Origin: Octopus sinensis
Taxonomy: Eukaryota
NCBI RefSeq assembly: GCF_006345805.1
Contig: NW_021836785.1
Location: 1 to 31,713, forward strand
Reading direction: 5' to 3'
Length of the DNA: 31,713 nucleotides
Part shown: positions 21,533-31,713 of the stretch, piece by piece
Numbering within the stretch: position 1 is the stretch's first letter
How the letters are laid out: each line of letters starts with the position of its first letter
The notes under the pieces: model-generated
Told to the model about the DNA's origin: nothing
The model's database searches: none
Seen by the model: only the letters and a program-made list of their open reading frames with translations
Made by a program: the position numbers and the translations under genes

Positions 21533-21997
21533 CAAAGTGTTCAGTTACATCTGGCGATATTTTGTCTCATTTTCTTTCATCAGCTTCATGTACTGGCGAA
21601 CAGTCAACGGCATTGGAGAATGTAAAGATTAAAGTTGTAGCTGAGAAAAAGTTAGTTGAGATGGAGATTTAAAAGTCATCTGCATATCAGAAGAGAATTA
21701 CATGTGTCATGATTATTAGCGCCGGGTACCAAAATACCGGATTCATGGTCGGTCGCTGCTGCTCAATGCTCTGTGGCCACTACAAAGGCTGTAAGACGTA
21801 ACAAGGACAACTGCAACAGAAACTACGAAGCCGTGGTCAGCAGGAACGGACACAGCAATTACTTTGAACAAACTGTTATCGCCCAGCCATAATCCAGTTG
21901 ATGGTTTTTGATCTTTTAAAATACGTTAATTTTTTAATGGATTATTGTGTTTTCTTATTCTATAATGCAAACTGTCAAATTTAGCCCGAACACCCTG
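21533..21997 (+). mobile_element. Tc1/mariner internal-deletion derivative (465 bp) with TA TSD
   Basis: TA at 21531-21532 and 21998-21999; diverged TIRs caaagtgttcag... and (reverse complement) cagggtgttcggg...; decayed N-terminal transposase MEI*KSSAYQKRITCVMIISAGYQN / AAAQCSVATTKAVRRNKDNCNRNYEAVVSR followed directly by a C-terminal-like NYFE. Confidence 0.7.
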
Positions 21998-22074
21998 TAT
22001 GTGTAAACAAGTTGACAAGTGTATGTGTTTGTCTGCACGTGTTGGTGTGTATGTATCTGTATATATGTAGACAT

Positions 22075-22565
<491 letters not shown>

Positions 22566-22884
22566 TAGATATATCGATTAATTGATTGACTGACATATGT
22601 AGACATGTATAGGTATATGTAAATACATATTCATATATATGCATATATATTATAATATATGTGTGTGTGCTTTATGTTTGTCTGTGTGTGTGTGTGTATG
22701 TGTGTGTGTGTCTACGTCAGAACCTGTCATTCCAATATTCCAATATCATCTCGATTTGTATACCTTTTGTTCTCCCACCCACCCAAGCCTCCGCCTTTCA
22801 CCTCCCACTCCACATCTTCTTACCTTCACACCATTCCCATCTCTTATAACCATCATATTCCACCACCTCTACAACTACAACTAC

Positions 22885-22925
<41 letters not shown>

Positions 22926-22942
22926 GTGACGATGATGGTGAC

Positions 22943-22985
<43 letters not shown>
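22885..22985. repeat. (GAT)n
   Basis: Direct inspection. Confidence 0.95.
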
Positions 22986-23596
22986 CTTAAATGGTCTTTT
23001 CATTCCCATAACCACCCTACTCCCTTCCTCAAACTCTTCCTCTTAATCTCTGCTAATTATTTTTTCCCACCGTGTCTCATCATTCTTCTTTCTCTCTCTT
23101 CTCTCTCTATCTCCTCTTCTTCGCTCTCGATCGTCCATTCTTTTTCGACTTCTCTCTCTCTCACTCTTCTCTTTCTCACCTATCTTAATTATCAATTCCA
23201 TCTATCTAAGCATCAGCTATCTTTCCTTCTCACTTTTTCTCTCTGTCCCCCACCTATATTTCTCTCTCGTCTCTTGTCTTCCTCTATCTCTCTTCTTTAT
23301 TCCCTCACTCTCTCTGACTGACTGCCTCACTACTCTGATCCTTCTCTCTCTCTCCCCCCCCCCCCTCGGCACCCAATTCCTCTTAAGTATCCTCATCTTT
23401 CACCCAAATCTGCTGCTATACATCAAAATCTCAACAAATTTAATATGCACACGCGCGCGCGCGTAACAATACACACAATCGCGCGCGCGCACACACGCAC
23501 ACACACACACCACACACACACACACACATACACACATATGTGCCACGCATTATACCCGGGTATATATATATAATATATATATATATATACGCATAT

Positions 23597-23627
<31 letters not shown>

Positions 23628-23777
23628 TAGTTTATACATATATATTAATTGTATATGCGTGTATATATATATATATATATATATGTATTGTATATCAATT
23701 AAATATATATATATATATATATACATACATACATACATACACGTGCGCGCATGCACACACACACGAACATACACACA

Positions 23778-23996
23778 CGAGTGGGTGCTGAAGAATTCCC
23801 GGCTTTCGATAAAAGAAAATCCAGAAGGATCAGTTAATTAAGATTTTATCCAACATATTCCCCTCTGAAATTCATACACCTATTACAGGTCTTTCAGTTT
23901 TTCTAAGCCCTGTAAAAAAAATACTCAGAAGTTTGGGCCCCCAGCCGAGATTTTCACGACACCTTAAAGCCAAGAACTTTTCACAGCACACCCTTG
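23778..23996. mobile_element. Mariner-type MITE (~220 bp)
   Basis: Imperfect ~29-bp TIRs cgagtgggtgctgaagaattcccggcttt and (reverse complement) caagggtgtgctgtgaaaagttcttggcttt; TA at 23997-23998, CA (mutated TA) at 23776-23777. Confidence 0.65.
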
Positions 23997-24033
23997 TATA
24001 TACATACACGTGTGTGTACATATATAAATATAT

Positions 24034-24192
24034 ATAGGGAGACTTCACGAAAAAAAAAACAATAGACGAAGACAGGTGGTGTAGAAAACAAACAGATGTA
24101 TTAGTATAATGCTCGGGAATTGAAAAAGTCTTTTACGTTTCGAGCCTACGCTCTTCTACAGAAAGGGACACAGAATGAAACAAGGAGAGAAA
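24034..24192 (-). mobile_element. Short interspersed repeat (Penelope-terminal-repeat-like) carrying a hammerhead-like motif
   Basis: Sibling of 21312-21436; interrupted at its edge by the SINE 24193-24548. Confidence 0.7.
24130..24165 (-). ncRNA. Minimal type-I hammerhead-like motif with A6-to-U core variant
   Basis: Minus: CUUU (I) CUGUAGA a GAGC guag GCUC (II) GAAAC GUA AAAG (I'). Stems intact; core CUGUAGA departs from CUGANGA. Confidence 0.55.
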
Positions 24193-24548
24193 CAAGGGTA
24201 AAGACCCCCTTCGGTCAGGCACTGACCATGGGTTTGCACCTAGAGAGATACCCTCTGAGGCACAAGTCTGGCAAGGTTGTTTTTTTTTTTTTATGGAAGA
24301 CCAGCAGTCGCCCATGCATACCAGCCTCCCCTCTCCACGCCACCAGTGTTATCCAAGGGAAAGACAAAGGTCGATACAGCTTGGCACCTGTGACGTCGCA
24401 ACTCATTTCTACAGCTGAGTGAACTGGAGCAACGTGAAATAAAGTGCCTTGCTCAAGAACACAACACGCAGCCCCGGTCCGGGATTCGAGCTCACAACCT
24501 CACGATCGTAAGCTCGACGCTCTAACCACTGAGCCATGCGCCTTCAGA
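24193..24548 (-). mobile_element. tRNA-derived SINE, head type H2 with tail type T3, TSD-flanked
   Basis: Minus head tgaaggcgcatggctcagtggttagagcgtcg...gagctcgaatcccgg; 16-bp TSD gaaacaaggagagaaa at 24177-24192 and 24549-24564. Confidence 0.9.
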
Positions 24549-24613
24549 GAAACAAGGAGAGAAAATATATATATATAAATGTATGTATGTATAAATGTAT
24601 ATACACACACACA

Positions 24614-24651
<38 letters not shown>

Positions 24652-25164
24652 CACACGCACATATACACACATGTACACCTACGTATATACACTCATTCAT
24701 GATTCACCTCATGCACTGTCTCCTCGGCAGTTTCACATGCACAAACACATTCTCACTCACACACACACATATACACGTACACACGCACACACAAGCAAAC
24801 AGTCACACATACATATATACGGTTACACATGTATATACACAACCCTGATTTCACCACTGTCGTTGTATACCACTCCACCCTTTTACAGACATCCTCATTT
24901 CCGCACCCACCCGTTTTATGCATCAGTCAGTCTATCTATTGGTATATCTACAAAACTCAGCCAACACGACTTCGTTTCTTTATAACTTCTATAAAAAATG
25001 GATATTTTATAATGAAATTTTCTACAAATACCTCCTGATGCTATAGATTAGGATTAAATGTTAAAACGAAAATTATTGGTCGCCCAGACATACATACTGA
25101 CACACACCACATAGGTTTTCACAAATTTCAAAGCCTGCTCCTACAAAAAATTTACAGATGAGCG

Positions 25165-25325
25165 CAGGTACGGTTGTGTGGACAGAAGTTTGCTTCTGAA
25201 CAACATGGTTCCGGGTTCAGTCCATCTGCGTAACAAATCGGACAAGTGTCTTCTACGATAACGTCGGACGGACCAAAGCTTCGTGAGTGGATTTAGTAGA
25301 CGGAAAGTGGAAGAAGCCCGTCATA
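25165..25325 (+). mobile_element. tRNA-derived SINE 5' half (family of 31488), diverged
   Basis: gcgcaggtacggttgtgtgg...ccgggttcagtcc...gtgagtggatttagtagacggaaagtggaagaagcccgtc. Confidence 0.8.
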
Positions 25326-25329
25326 TACA

Positions 25330-25420
25330 AAGTCGGCCCCGGTAGAATTCGAAATCAAAATGGAGGAAATATCACTAAACATTTTGAGGAGCCGGTAACG
25401 ATTCTAACAGCTCACGTGAT
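25330..25420 (-). mobile_element. Highly degraded CORE-SINE 5' part
   Basis: aaagtcggccccggtagaattcgaaatc...taacgattctaacagctcac aligns loosely with 466-562. Confidence 0.5.
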
Positions 25421-25451
25421 AATTTGTGTATATGTGTACATATACACATAC

Positions 25452-25530
<79 letters not shown>

Positions 25531-25617
25531 TATATGTACACATTTACATACATACATATATATATAGATATATATACATATACATATATATGTGTATGCG
25601 TATGTGTGTGTAAGTAT

Positions 25618-25682
<65 letters not shown>

Positions 25683-25684
<2 letters not shown>

Positions 25685-26052
25685 TTTTACCTGTTTCAGT
25701 CATTTGACTGTGGCCATGCTGGAGCACTGCCTTTAGTCGAGTAAATCAACCTCAGGATTTATTCTGTGTAAGCCTAGCACTTATTCTATCGGACCCCTTA
25801 ACCGAACCGTTAAGTTATGGAGGCGTATACACACCAGCATTGGTAGTCAAGCGATGATTGGGGGACAAACACAGACAGAAACATATGCATGTGTGTGTGT
25901 GTACATGACGGGCTTCTTTCAGTTTCCGTCTACAAAATCGATTCACAAGGCTTTGGTCGGACTGGAGTTAAAGAAGAAGACACTTGTCCAAGGTGCCACG
26001 CAGTGGTACTGAACCCGGGACCATGTGGTTGGTAAGCAAGCTACTTACCACA
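25683..26052 (-). mobile_element. tRNA-derived SINE with internal (GT/AT)n spacer and hairpin 3' tail, near full length
   Basis: Head gtggtaagtagcttgcttaccaaccacatggtcccgggttcagt; ends ggcagtgctccagcatggccacagtcaaatgactgaaacaggtaaaaga. Confidence 0.9.
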
Positions 26053-26354
26053 CAACACACACAGGCACACACATAGATCGGCATGTAGATAGACGCCCCT
26101 TTCACCATCTCTCGATGTCTCATATATATATAAGCTATATATATGTCCGTGTGTGGAGGGGTGGAGAGAAAGAGAGAGCATATTTAGAGAGAGCGAGAGA
26201 AAGATGGAGAAAGAGGCCTCTATGTATATGACAATATATGTCAGTCTGTCTGTCTGTACATATGTATGTATATATATGTGTGTGTGTGCGTGTGGGTGTG
26301 TGTGTGCATACATATATATATATATGTGTGTGTGTGGATGTACGTACGCGCCTG

Positions 26355-26404
26355 TATATGTATGTATGTATGTATGTATGCATGCAAGCATGTATGTATG
26401 TATG

Positions 26405-26436
<32 letters not shown>

Positions 26437-26516
26437 CATGCATGTATGTATATATGTATGTATGCATGTATGTATGTATGTATGTATGTATGTATGCATG
26501 CATGTATGTATGTATG

Positions 26517-26550
<34 letters not shown>

Positions 26551-26631
26551 TGCATGCATGTATATATGTATGTATGTATGTATATATGTATGTATGTATG
26601 TATATATATATATGTATGTATGCATGCATGC

Positions 26632-26664
<33 letters not shown>

Positions 26665-26715
26665 TGTATGTATGTATGTATGTATGTATGTATGTATTTA
26701 TGTATGTATGTATGT
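26355..26715. repeat. (TATG)n array
   Basis: Direct inspection. Confidence 0.95.
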
Positions 26716-26984
26716 TAGCCATTGTATCTGTGTTTAAGTGTGCTCACTGTCATTCATATCTTTCTAAATCTTCGTTGGATGACGTCATTATTCTTTTTTG
26801 TTTTTATTTTCTTCATTTGTATATTTTTTGTTTGCTCTTATTTGTCCTATCATATATAATGATCTTACGTTCTCGTCCCACTTCCGTCTTATCACACCTC
26901 TTCCTACCACTCCTTTTCTTTGACATACGCGCGCGCGCACATACATTTACTATATGTACGTGTGCGTGTGTATATTTATATATA

Positions 26985-26996
26985 CATGTCTATGTG

Positions 26997-27046
<50 letters not shown>

Positions 27047-27158
27047 TTTATATACATACATATGTACATAAGAAACGCTAGCATATATATATATTCTATA
27101 TATATATATATATTTGCATACCACATAGATGGATATATATATTTCCATACATACATAT

Positions 27159-27223
<65 letters not shown>

Positions 27224-27475
27224 CATACATATAGATATATACATATATATATACATATATATATATAGTAAAATATATATAAAATATATAATATATTTAT
27301 ACATATATATATATATACATATATATATGTAAATATATAATATATATATATATGTATATTGGTATATATGGATATATGATTGTATGTATGTATGTATCTT
27401 ATGTAGTATATATATATATATATATATATAGATATTATATATATATATATATATATAATATATATATATATATCC
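26985..27475. repeat. Interrupted (AT)n array
   Basis: Direct inspection. Confidence 0.95.
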
Positions 27476-27989
27476 GTTTCCCTGTCTCTTTTTGTTCATA
27501 TTGTTTTGTTACTGAACGCTTCTCTCAATGAAGGGTTTTTGATTGTTGCTGCTGTTTTTTTTTTTGTTTTTTTTTTCTAGTCGTGTTTTGTTTTTGTTTT
27601 TTACCTTTTACTGTGTTTTGATTGGAAAAGCGATTTTGAAAAAAAAAAATCTGTTTCTAACCACACCACCATCACCATCACCATCACTATTCTTGCTCAC
27701 GCCACAACCACCACCACCACCACCACCACCACCACCGCGACCACAACCACTCTTACCTCAACCACTCATTTTCTCACCACTTACCTTCGCCATCACTACT
27801 CCTCTCACCACCACCACCAACAACAACAACATCAACAACAACAACCCTGTAATGAGAAGCTTAATTTTAAAGGAAATTTGGTGACGAAACAGGAGAAGAA
27901 TGCAATATTTTAGAGACCGAAATATGAAACAACGGAATTACAACGATCCAGAATTCGGTGACACGACGAACTTGACAGTAACAATGATG

Positions 27990-28209
27990 GTTTCAGATTT
28001 TGGTACGAGACCAGCATTTTCAGAGGAGAGGCTAAGCCGATTAGATTGACCCCACGACTCAACTGATACTTATTTTATCGACCCCCCCTACGGATGAAAG
28101 GTAAAGTCGACCTCGACGGAATTTGAACTCGGAACATAAAGACAGCCGTCCGAAATCCCGCTAAGCACTTTGCCCGGCGCGCTTAACGATTCAGCCAGCT
28201 CACCGCCTT
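27990..28209 (-). mobile_element. CORE-SINE, third tail variant
   Basis: Minus head aaggcggtgagctggctgaatcgtt, B box gagttcaaattcc, core gaggtcgactttacctttcatcc. Confidence 0.85.
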
Positions 28210-28219
28210 CAATAATAAC

Positions 28220-28257
<38 letters not shown>

Positions 28258-28264
28258 TAATAAC

Positions 28265-28331
<67 letters not shown>

Positions 28332-28345
28332 GTAGTAATAATAAT

Positions 28346-28389
<44 letters not shown>

Positions 28390-28507
28390 CAATAATAATA
28401 ATAATAATAACAATAATAATAATAACAACAACAACAACAACAACAATAACAATAATGATAATAATAATATAATAATAATATAATAATAATAATAATAATA
28501 ATAATAA
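28210..28507. repeat. (AAT)n array
   Basis: Direct inspection. Confidence 0.95.
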
Positions 28508-28934
28508 ATTCTAACTGGGTGCCACCTGCTGCTTATCTCGATATGAGATCACAATGTGATACGTGTGCCTGGTGTACCCTTATCAGACGGGTAGTCATGA
28601 TGGGCTTCGTATATTTTGCCCCAGTGTCACTTTGATGATATGCACTTTGATGGTATGTTTCTTAACCACGCAACCATGATATAAAATTACTTTAATTCGC
28701 AGGGATTGTTTTTTGTTTTTTGTTTTTTTAGCAACTGATTTGGTTTTGCACATACAGGAAAGAGCTTTGACTATTTTGTGATAGGAAAAATTCATAAAAG
28801 TTCTTCAAAACGAAGAAGGGAGATTGTTATAGGACTTCCTGATACAAATCGAAAGGAAAACAGAGCGCAATCCGAATATAATAGTTGTTACGGTCAATAA
28901 TGCTGGATAATGACCCAAAGACTGCTCTCTGGAA

Positions 28935-29290
28935 GCACTCCGTCGGTTACGACGACGAGGGTTCCGGTTGATCCGAATCAACGAAACAGCCTGCTCGTGA
29001 AATTAACGTGTAAGTGGCTGAGCACTCCGCAGACACGTGTACCCTTAACGTAGTTCTCGGGGATATTCAGCGTGACACAGAGAGTGACAAGGCCGGCCCT
29101 TTGAAATACAGGTACAAAACAGAAACAGGAAGTAAGAGTGAGAGAAGGTTGTAGTGGAAGAGTACAGCAGGGATCACCACACTTTAGGTGTTTTCGCTCA
29201 ATAAACACTCACAACGCCCGGTCTGGGAATCGAAACCGCGATCCTATGACCGCGAGTCCGCTGCCCTAACCACTGGGCCATTGCGCCTCC
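28935..29290 (-). mobile_element. tRNA-derived SINE, head H1 with tail T2
   Basis: Head nearly identical to 9480-9560; tail 28935-29110 aligns with 30318-30486. Confidence 0.9.
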
Positions 29291-29477
29291 TCACTGCTCT
29301 CTATACGTTAATGGAACGTTACTGAAACAAATGGAGCAGTTTAGGTATTCATGAGTAATGGGAATCAGACGGCTGAGTTGGATGCTAGAATTGCTGGTAC
29401 TGCCATACTAATGCACCAGCTCCAGTATTCGATCCTCAGAAGAGAAACTGGTAAAAACAAAAGCAAAACTTCGTCTC

Positions 29478-29527
29478 AGGCGGTGCTCCAGCTTGGCCGC
29501 ATTTCAGTGACTGAAACAAGTAAAAGA
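29478..29527 (+). mobile_element. 50-bp tail-only retroinsertion inside the RTE fragment
   Basis: aggcggtgctccagcttggccgc...gactgaaacaagtaaaaga sits between codons for KAKLRL and FNSLFVPILTYG. Confidence 0.85.
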
Positions 29528-29917
29528 TTTTTTTAATTCGCTTTTCGTGCCTATCCTCACCTATGGTCATGAATTATGGGTAATAATTGAAAGAATATGA
29601 TTGGGAATACAAGCGGCCTAAATGGTGTTCCTCGGAAGGTACCCCGGAGTAACGTTACTCAAAGGACTGCTTGGCTCAAAGATCAAGAAGCCTCTCGAGG
29701 TTGAGCCTCTACTTCTACGTATTGAAAGGCCACAGCTCCATTATTACGTACATGTGATTAGGAAGGAATCATAAAACTGATTCTTTAAGACAAGTGTATG
29801 AGTAGACCAAGAACGAAATGGTTTAGTATTATCCTCCGTAGTCTTACCTGGTCATGCTAGGGTATCCAACCGGAAAGTGTAAAGACGGTTGCTTCTCACA
29901 GAATCTTATGGAGGACG

Positions 29918-30143
29918 AACTGGCAGAATCGTTAGCACGCTGGGCGAAATGCGTAGCCGTATTTCGTCTGCCGTTACGTTCTGAGTTCAAATTCCGCCGA
30001 GGTTGACTTTGCCTTTCATCCTTCCGGGGTCGATAAATTAAGTACCAGTTACGCACTGGGGTCGATGCAATCGACTTAATCCGTTTGTCTGTCCTTGTTT
30101 GTCCCCTCTGTGTTTAGCCCCTTGTGGGTAGTAAAGAAATAGG
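29918..30143 (+). mobile_element. CORE-SINE (tail type 1) inserted in RTE fragment, TSD-flanked
   Basis: 15-bp TSD atcttatggaggacg at 29903-29917 and 30144-30158. Confidence 0.92.
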
Positions 30144-30264
30144 ATCTTATGGAGGACGTCTGAGAATTCTACCCACCACCACCACCTCCATCCAGGAATA
30201 GTGGGTAGCGAAACTGGATGGCGCGCGCGTGTGTATGTCGGTGTCGTTATCACTGGATGTGCGT

Positions 30265-30833
30265 GTACCGACTAAGAAGAGATTTAGGGGTAGACCAAGA
30301 ACGAGATGGATAACTGGCACTCCGTCGATTGCGACGACGAGCGTTCCAGCTGATCCGATCAACAGAACAGGCTACACGTGAAATTAACGTGCAAGTGGCT
30401 GAGCACTCCACAGACATGCATAACTTTAACGTAGTTCTCAGGGAGGTTATTCGTGACACAGAATATGACAAGGCTGGCCCTTTGAATTGAAGATACTGCC
30501 AATTTTTGCCAGCTGTGTAGACCGAAGCAACATGAGTGGACTGAAGCAACCTGAAAATAAAGTGGTTTGCTCATAGACACAACACGCTGCCAAGAATCGA
30601 ACTCACAACCTTAACAGTCGTGAGCCGAGTACCCTAAGCACTAAGCCACGCGCCTTCACGGGATGGATAATATTCATAGTCTCCTTTCATTACGCTTTGG
30701 AATTCAACCGGGAAGTGAAAGACAGTTGCTTCTGAGAGGACCCTATGGAGGAGGTGCCGGAGGATTCTTCCCTCACGACCCTCCCCGGAATACTGGGCGG
30801 AGAGAAAATAGATAAATGGACGAATGGACGAAT
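30265..30833 (+). pseudogene. Second RTE/Expander-like 3' end, interrupted by a SINE
   Basis: VPTKKRFRGRPRTRW before the SINE; DNIHSL..RFGIQP after; 30690-30810 is a diverged paralogue of 29860-29917 plus 30159-30215; ends tggacgaatggacgaa. Confidence 0.75.
30314..30661 (-). mobile_element. tRNA-derived SINE, head H2 with tail T2, TSD-flanked
   Basis: Head aligns with 24400-24548, tail with 28935-29110; 9-bp TSD gatggataa at 30305-30313 and 30662-30670. Confidence 0.85.
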
Positions 30834-30844
30834 GTGTGAATAAA

Positions 30845-31140
30845 AGGAATGTAAGTCTTGCAACTGATGTGACATGGCCACTTGATGCCATAATCAAAAA
30901 TAGAAAGAAGATACTGAGGAATATTATCCTGACTTTCTGTATGATATCCTCAATTGCTGGAACAAAGAACTTGACAAGGTTATGATCCCGTCAATTATCA
31001 TTGAAACATTGAGAAATATGATGAAGAATTTGAGAATAAACATTAGCAGAGCTGGTCTTCATCTGGGAGTGGGTGCAGTTCAGAAAACCTTTTTACCAGG
31101 TTCAGCAAGAATTTTCCAAAAGATGCTCTCAATAGAAATC
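30845..31140 (+). pseudogene. C-terminus of a non-LTR retrotransposon with restriction-like (REL) endonuclease (R4/NeSL-like)
   Basis: TDVTWPLDAIIKN / KEDTEEYYPDFLYDILNCWNKELDKVMIPSIII...VQKTFLPGSARIFQKMLS resembles IDVxxPxD...EKxxKYxDL...W...VVPVVIGALG...QKxALLGTARILRKVL. Confidence 0.65.
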
Positions 31141-31487
31141 ATGGACAACGCTTCCCTTCCAATGTTCAGGAAGCTTTCTAACTGGACTAGACTTTTTTTT
31201 CTTTTGCTTTTTTTTTTAAGTTCTTCCCCCCCCCCCCCCATGAAATGTTCTGCGAGTCTCCCTCATCTTCCATCTGGTTTCGAACCTCGTGATAAGATGA
31301 GTAATACTACTTGAAGAAAGGTTTTAGTATATTCTTCTTCCGAAACAAATCGGGGTCAGTTGCCCCCTCCTCCCCATATCTGGAGTTTTTGCAATTAGTG
31401 CTATGTGAAATACACTGCTGTTGTTTTTGTCGTTGTTAGTTACACTGTCTGTGTCTTTATACATCCATCCATACATACATATATATA

Positions 31488-31651
31488 GGCGCAGGAGTGG
31501 CTGTGTGGTAAGTAGCTTGTTTACCAACCACATGGTCCCGGGTTCAGTCCCACTGCGTGGCACCTTGGGCAAGTGTCTTCTATTATAGCCTCGGGCCGAC
31601 CAAAGCCTTGTGAGTGGATTTGATAGACGACGGAACTGAAGAAGCCCGTCG
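31488..31651 (+). mobile_element. tRNA-derived SINE 5' half running into (AT)n at the window end
   Basis: ggcgcaggagtggctgtgtggtaag (A box), gggttcagtccc (B-box-like), ccttgggcaagtgtctt, gaagaagcccgtc; reverse complement of 25905-26052. Confidence 0.9.
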
Positions 31652-31655
31652 TATG

Positions 31656-31713
<58 letters not shown>

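Larger units (their letters stand above)
29298..30221 (+). pseudogene. RTE-clade (Expander/Rex3-like) LINE 3' portion, interrupted by two insertions
   Basis: Reassembled reading VNGTLLKQMEQFRY / ELDARI / KAKLRL..FNSLFVPILTYGHELWV / IQAA*MVFL / VEPLLLRIERPQL / RPRTKW / GIQPE..VASHRILW, ending tggatgg; parallels Expander VPTLTYGHELWVMTER...EPLLLHIERSQL...GRPRTRW. Confidence 0.85.

Noticed and set aside
28508-28640. Probable interspersed repeat next to the (AAT)n array
   Set aside because: No second copy or diagnostic motif in this window, so it cannot be supported from the sequence alone.

Overview
Eukaryotic, repeat-dominated genomic DNA with no supportable host protein-coding exon. The repeat repertoire (tRNA-derived SINEs, CORE-SINEs, dense AT/CATA/GATA/trinucleotide microsatellites) points to an octopod cephalopod (Octopus); this assignment is inference from recalled repeat families, not a database hit. 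Nearly all ORFs in the supplied track are translations of simple repeats. Recognisable content: decayed fragments of L1/Tx1-, CR1-, RTE(Expander/Rex3)- and REL-endonuclease LINEs; a Tc1 transposase remnant; two mariner-type deletion derivatives/MITEs; a small non-autonomous Helitron; at least five tRNA-headed SINE types, several with target-site duplications (TSDs) readable in the sequence. Most interesting: (1) a tRNA-headed SINE-like element carrying a complete minimal type-I hammerhead ribozyme fold in sense orientation, plus two further hammerhead-like motifs and a sibling repeat that has lost only the ribozyme; (2) a ~260-bp inverted duplication with a (GGGT)4 G-quadruplex motif in its loop; (3) a fold-back pentanucleotide satellite; (4) a 20-bp minisatellite that keeps exact phase despite heavy substitution; (5) visible head/tail shuffling among SINEs and a covarying 3' hairpin. 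All protein similarities were judged by eye from manual translation; no searches were run.
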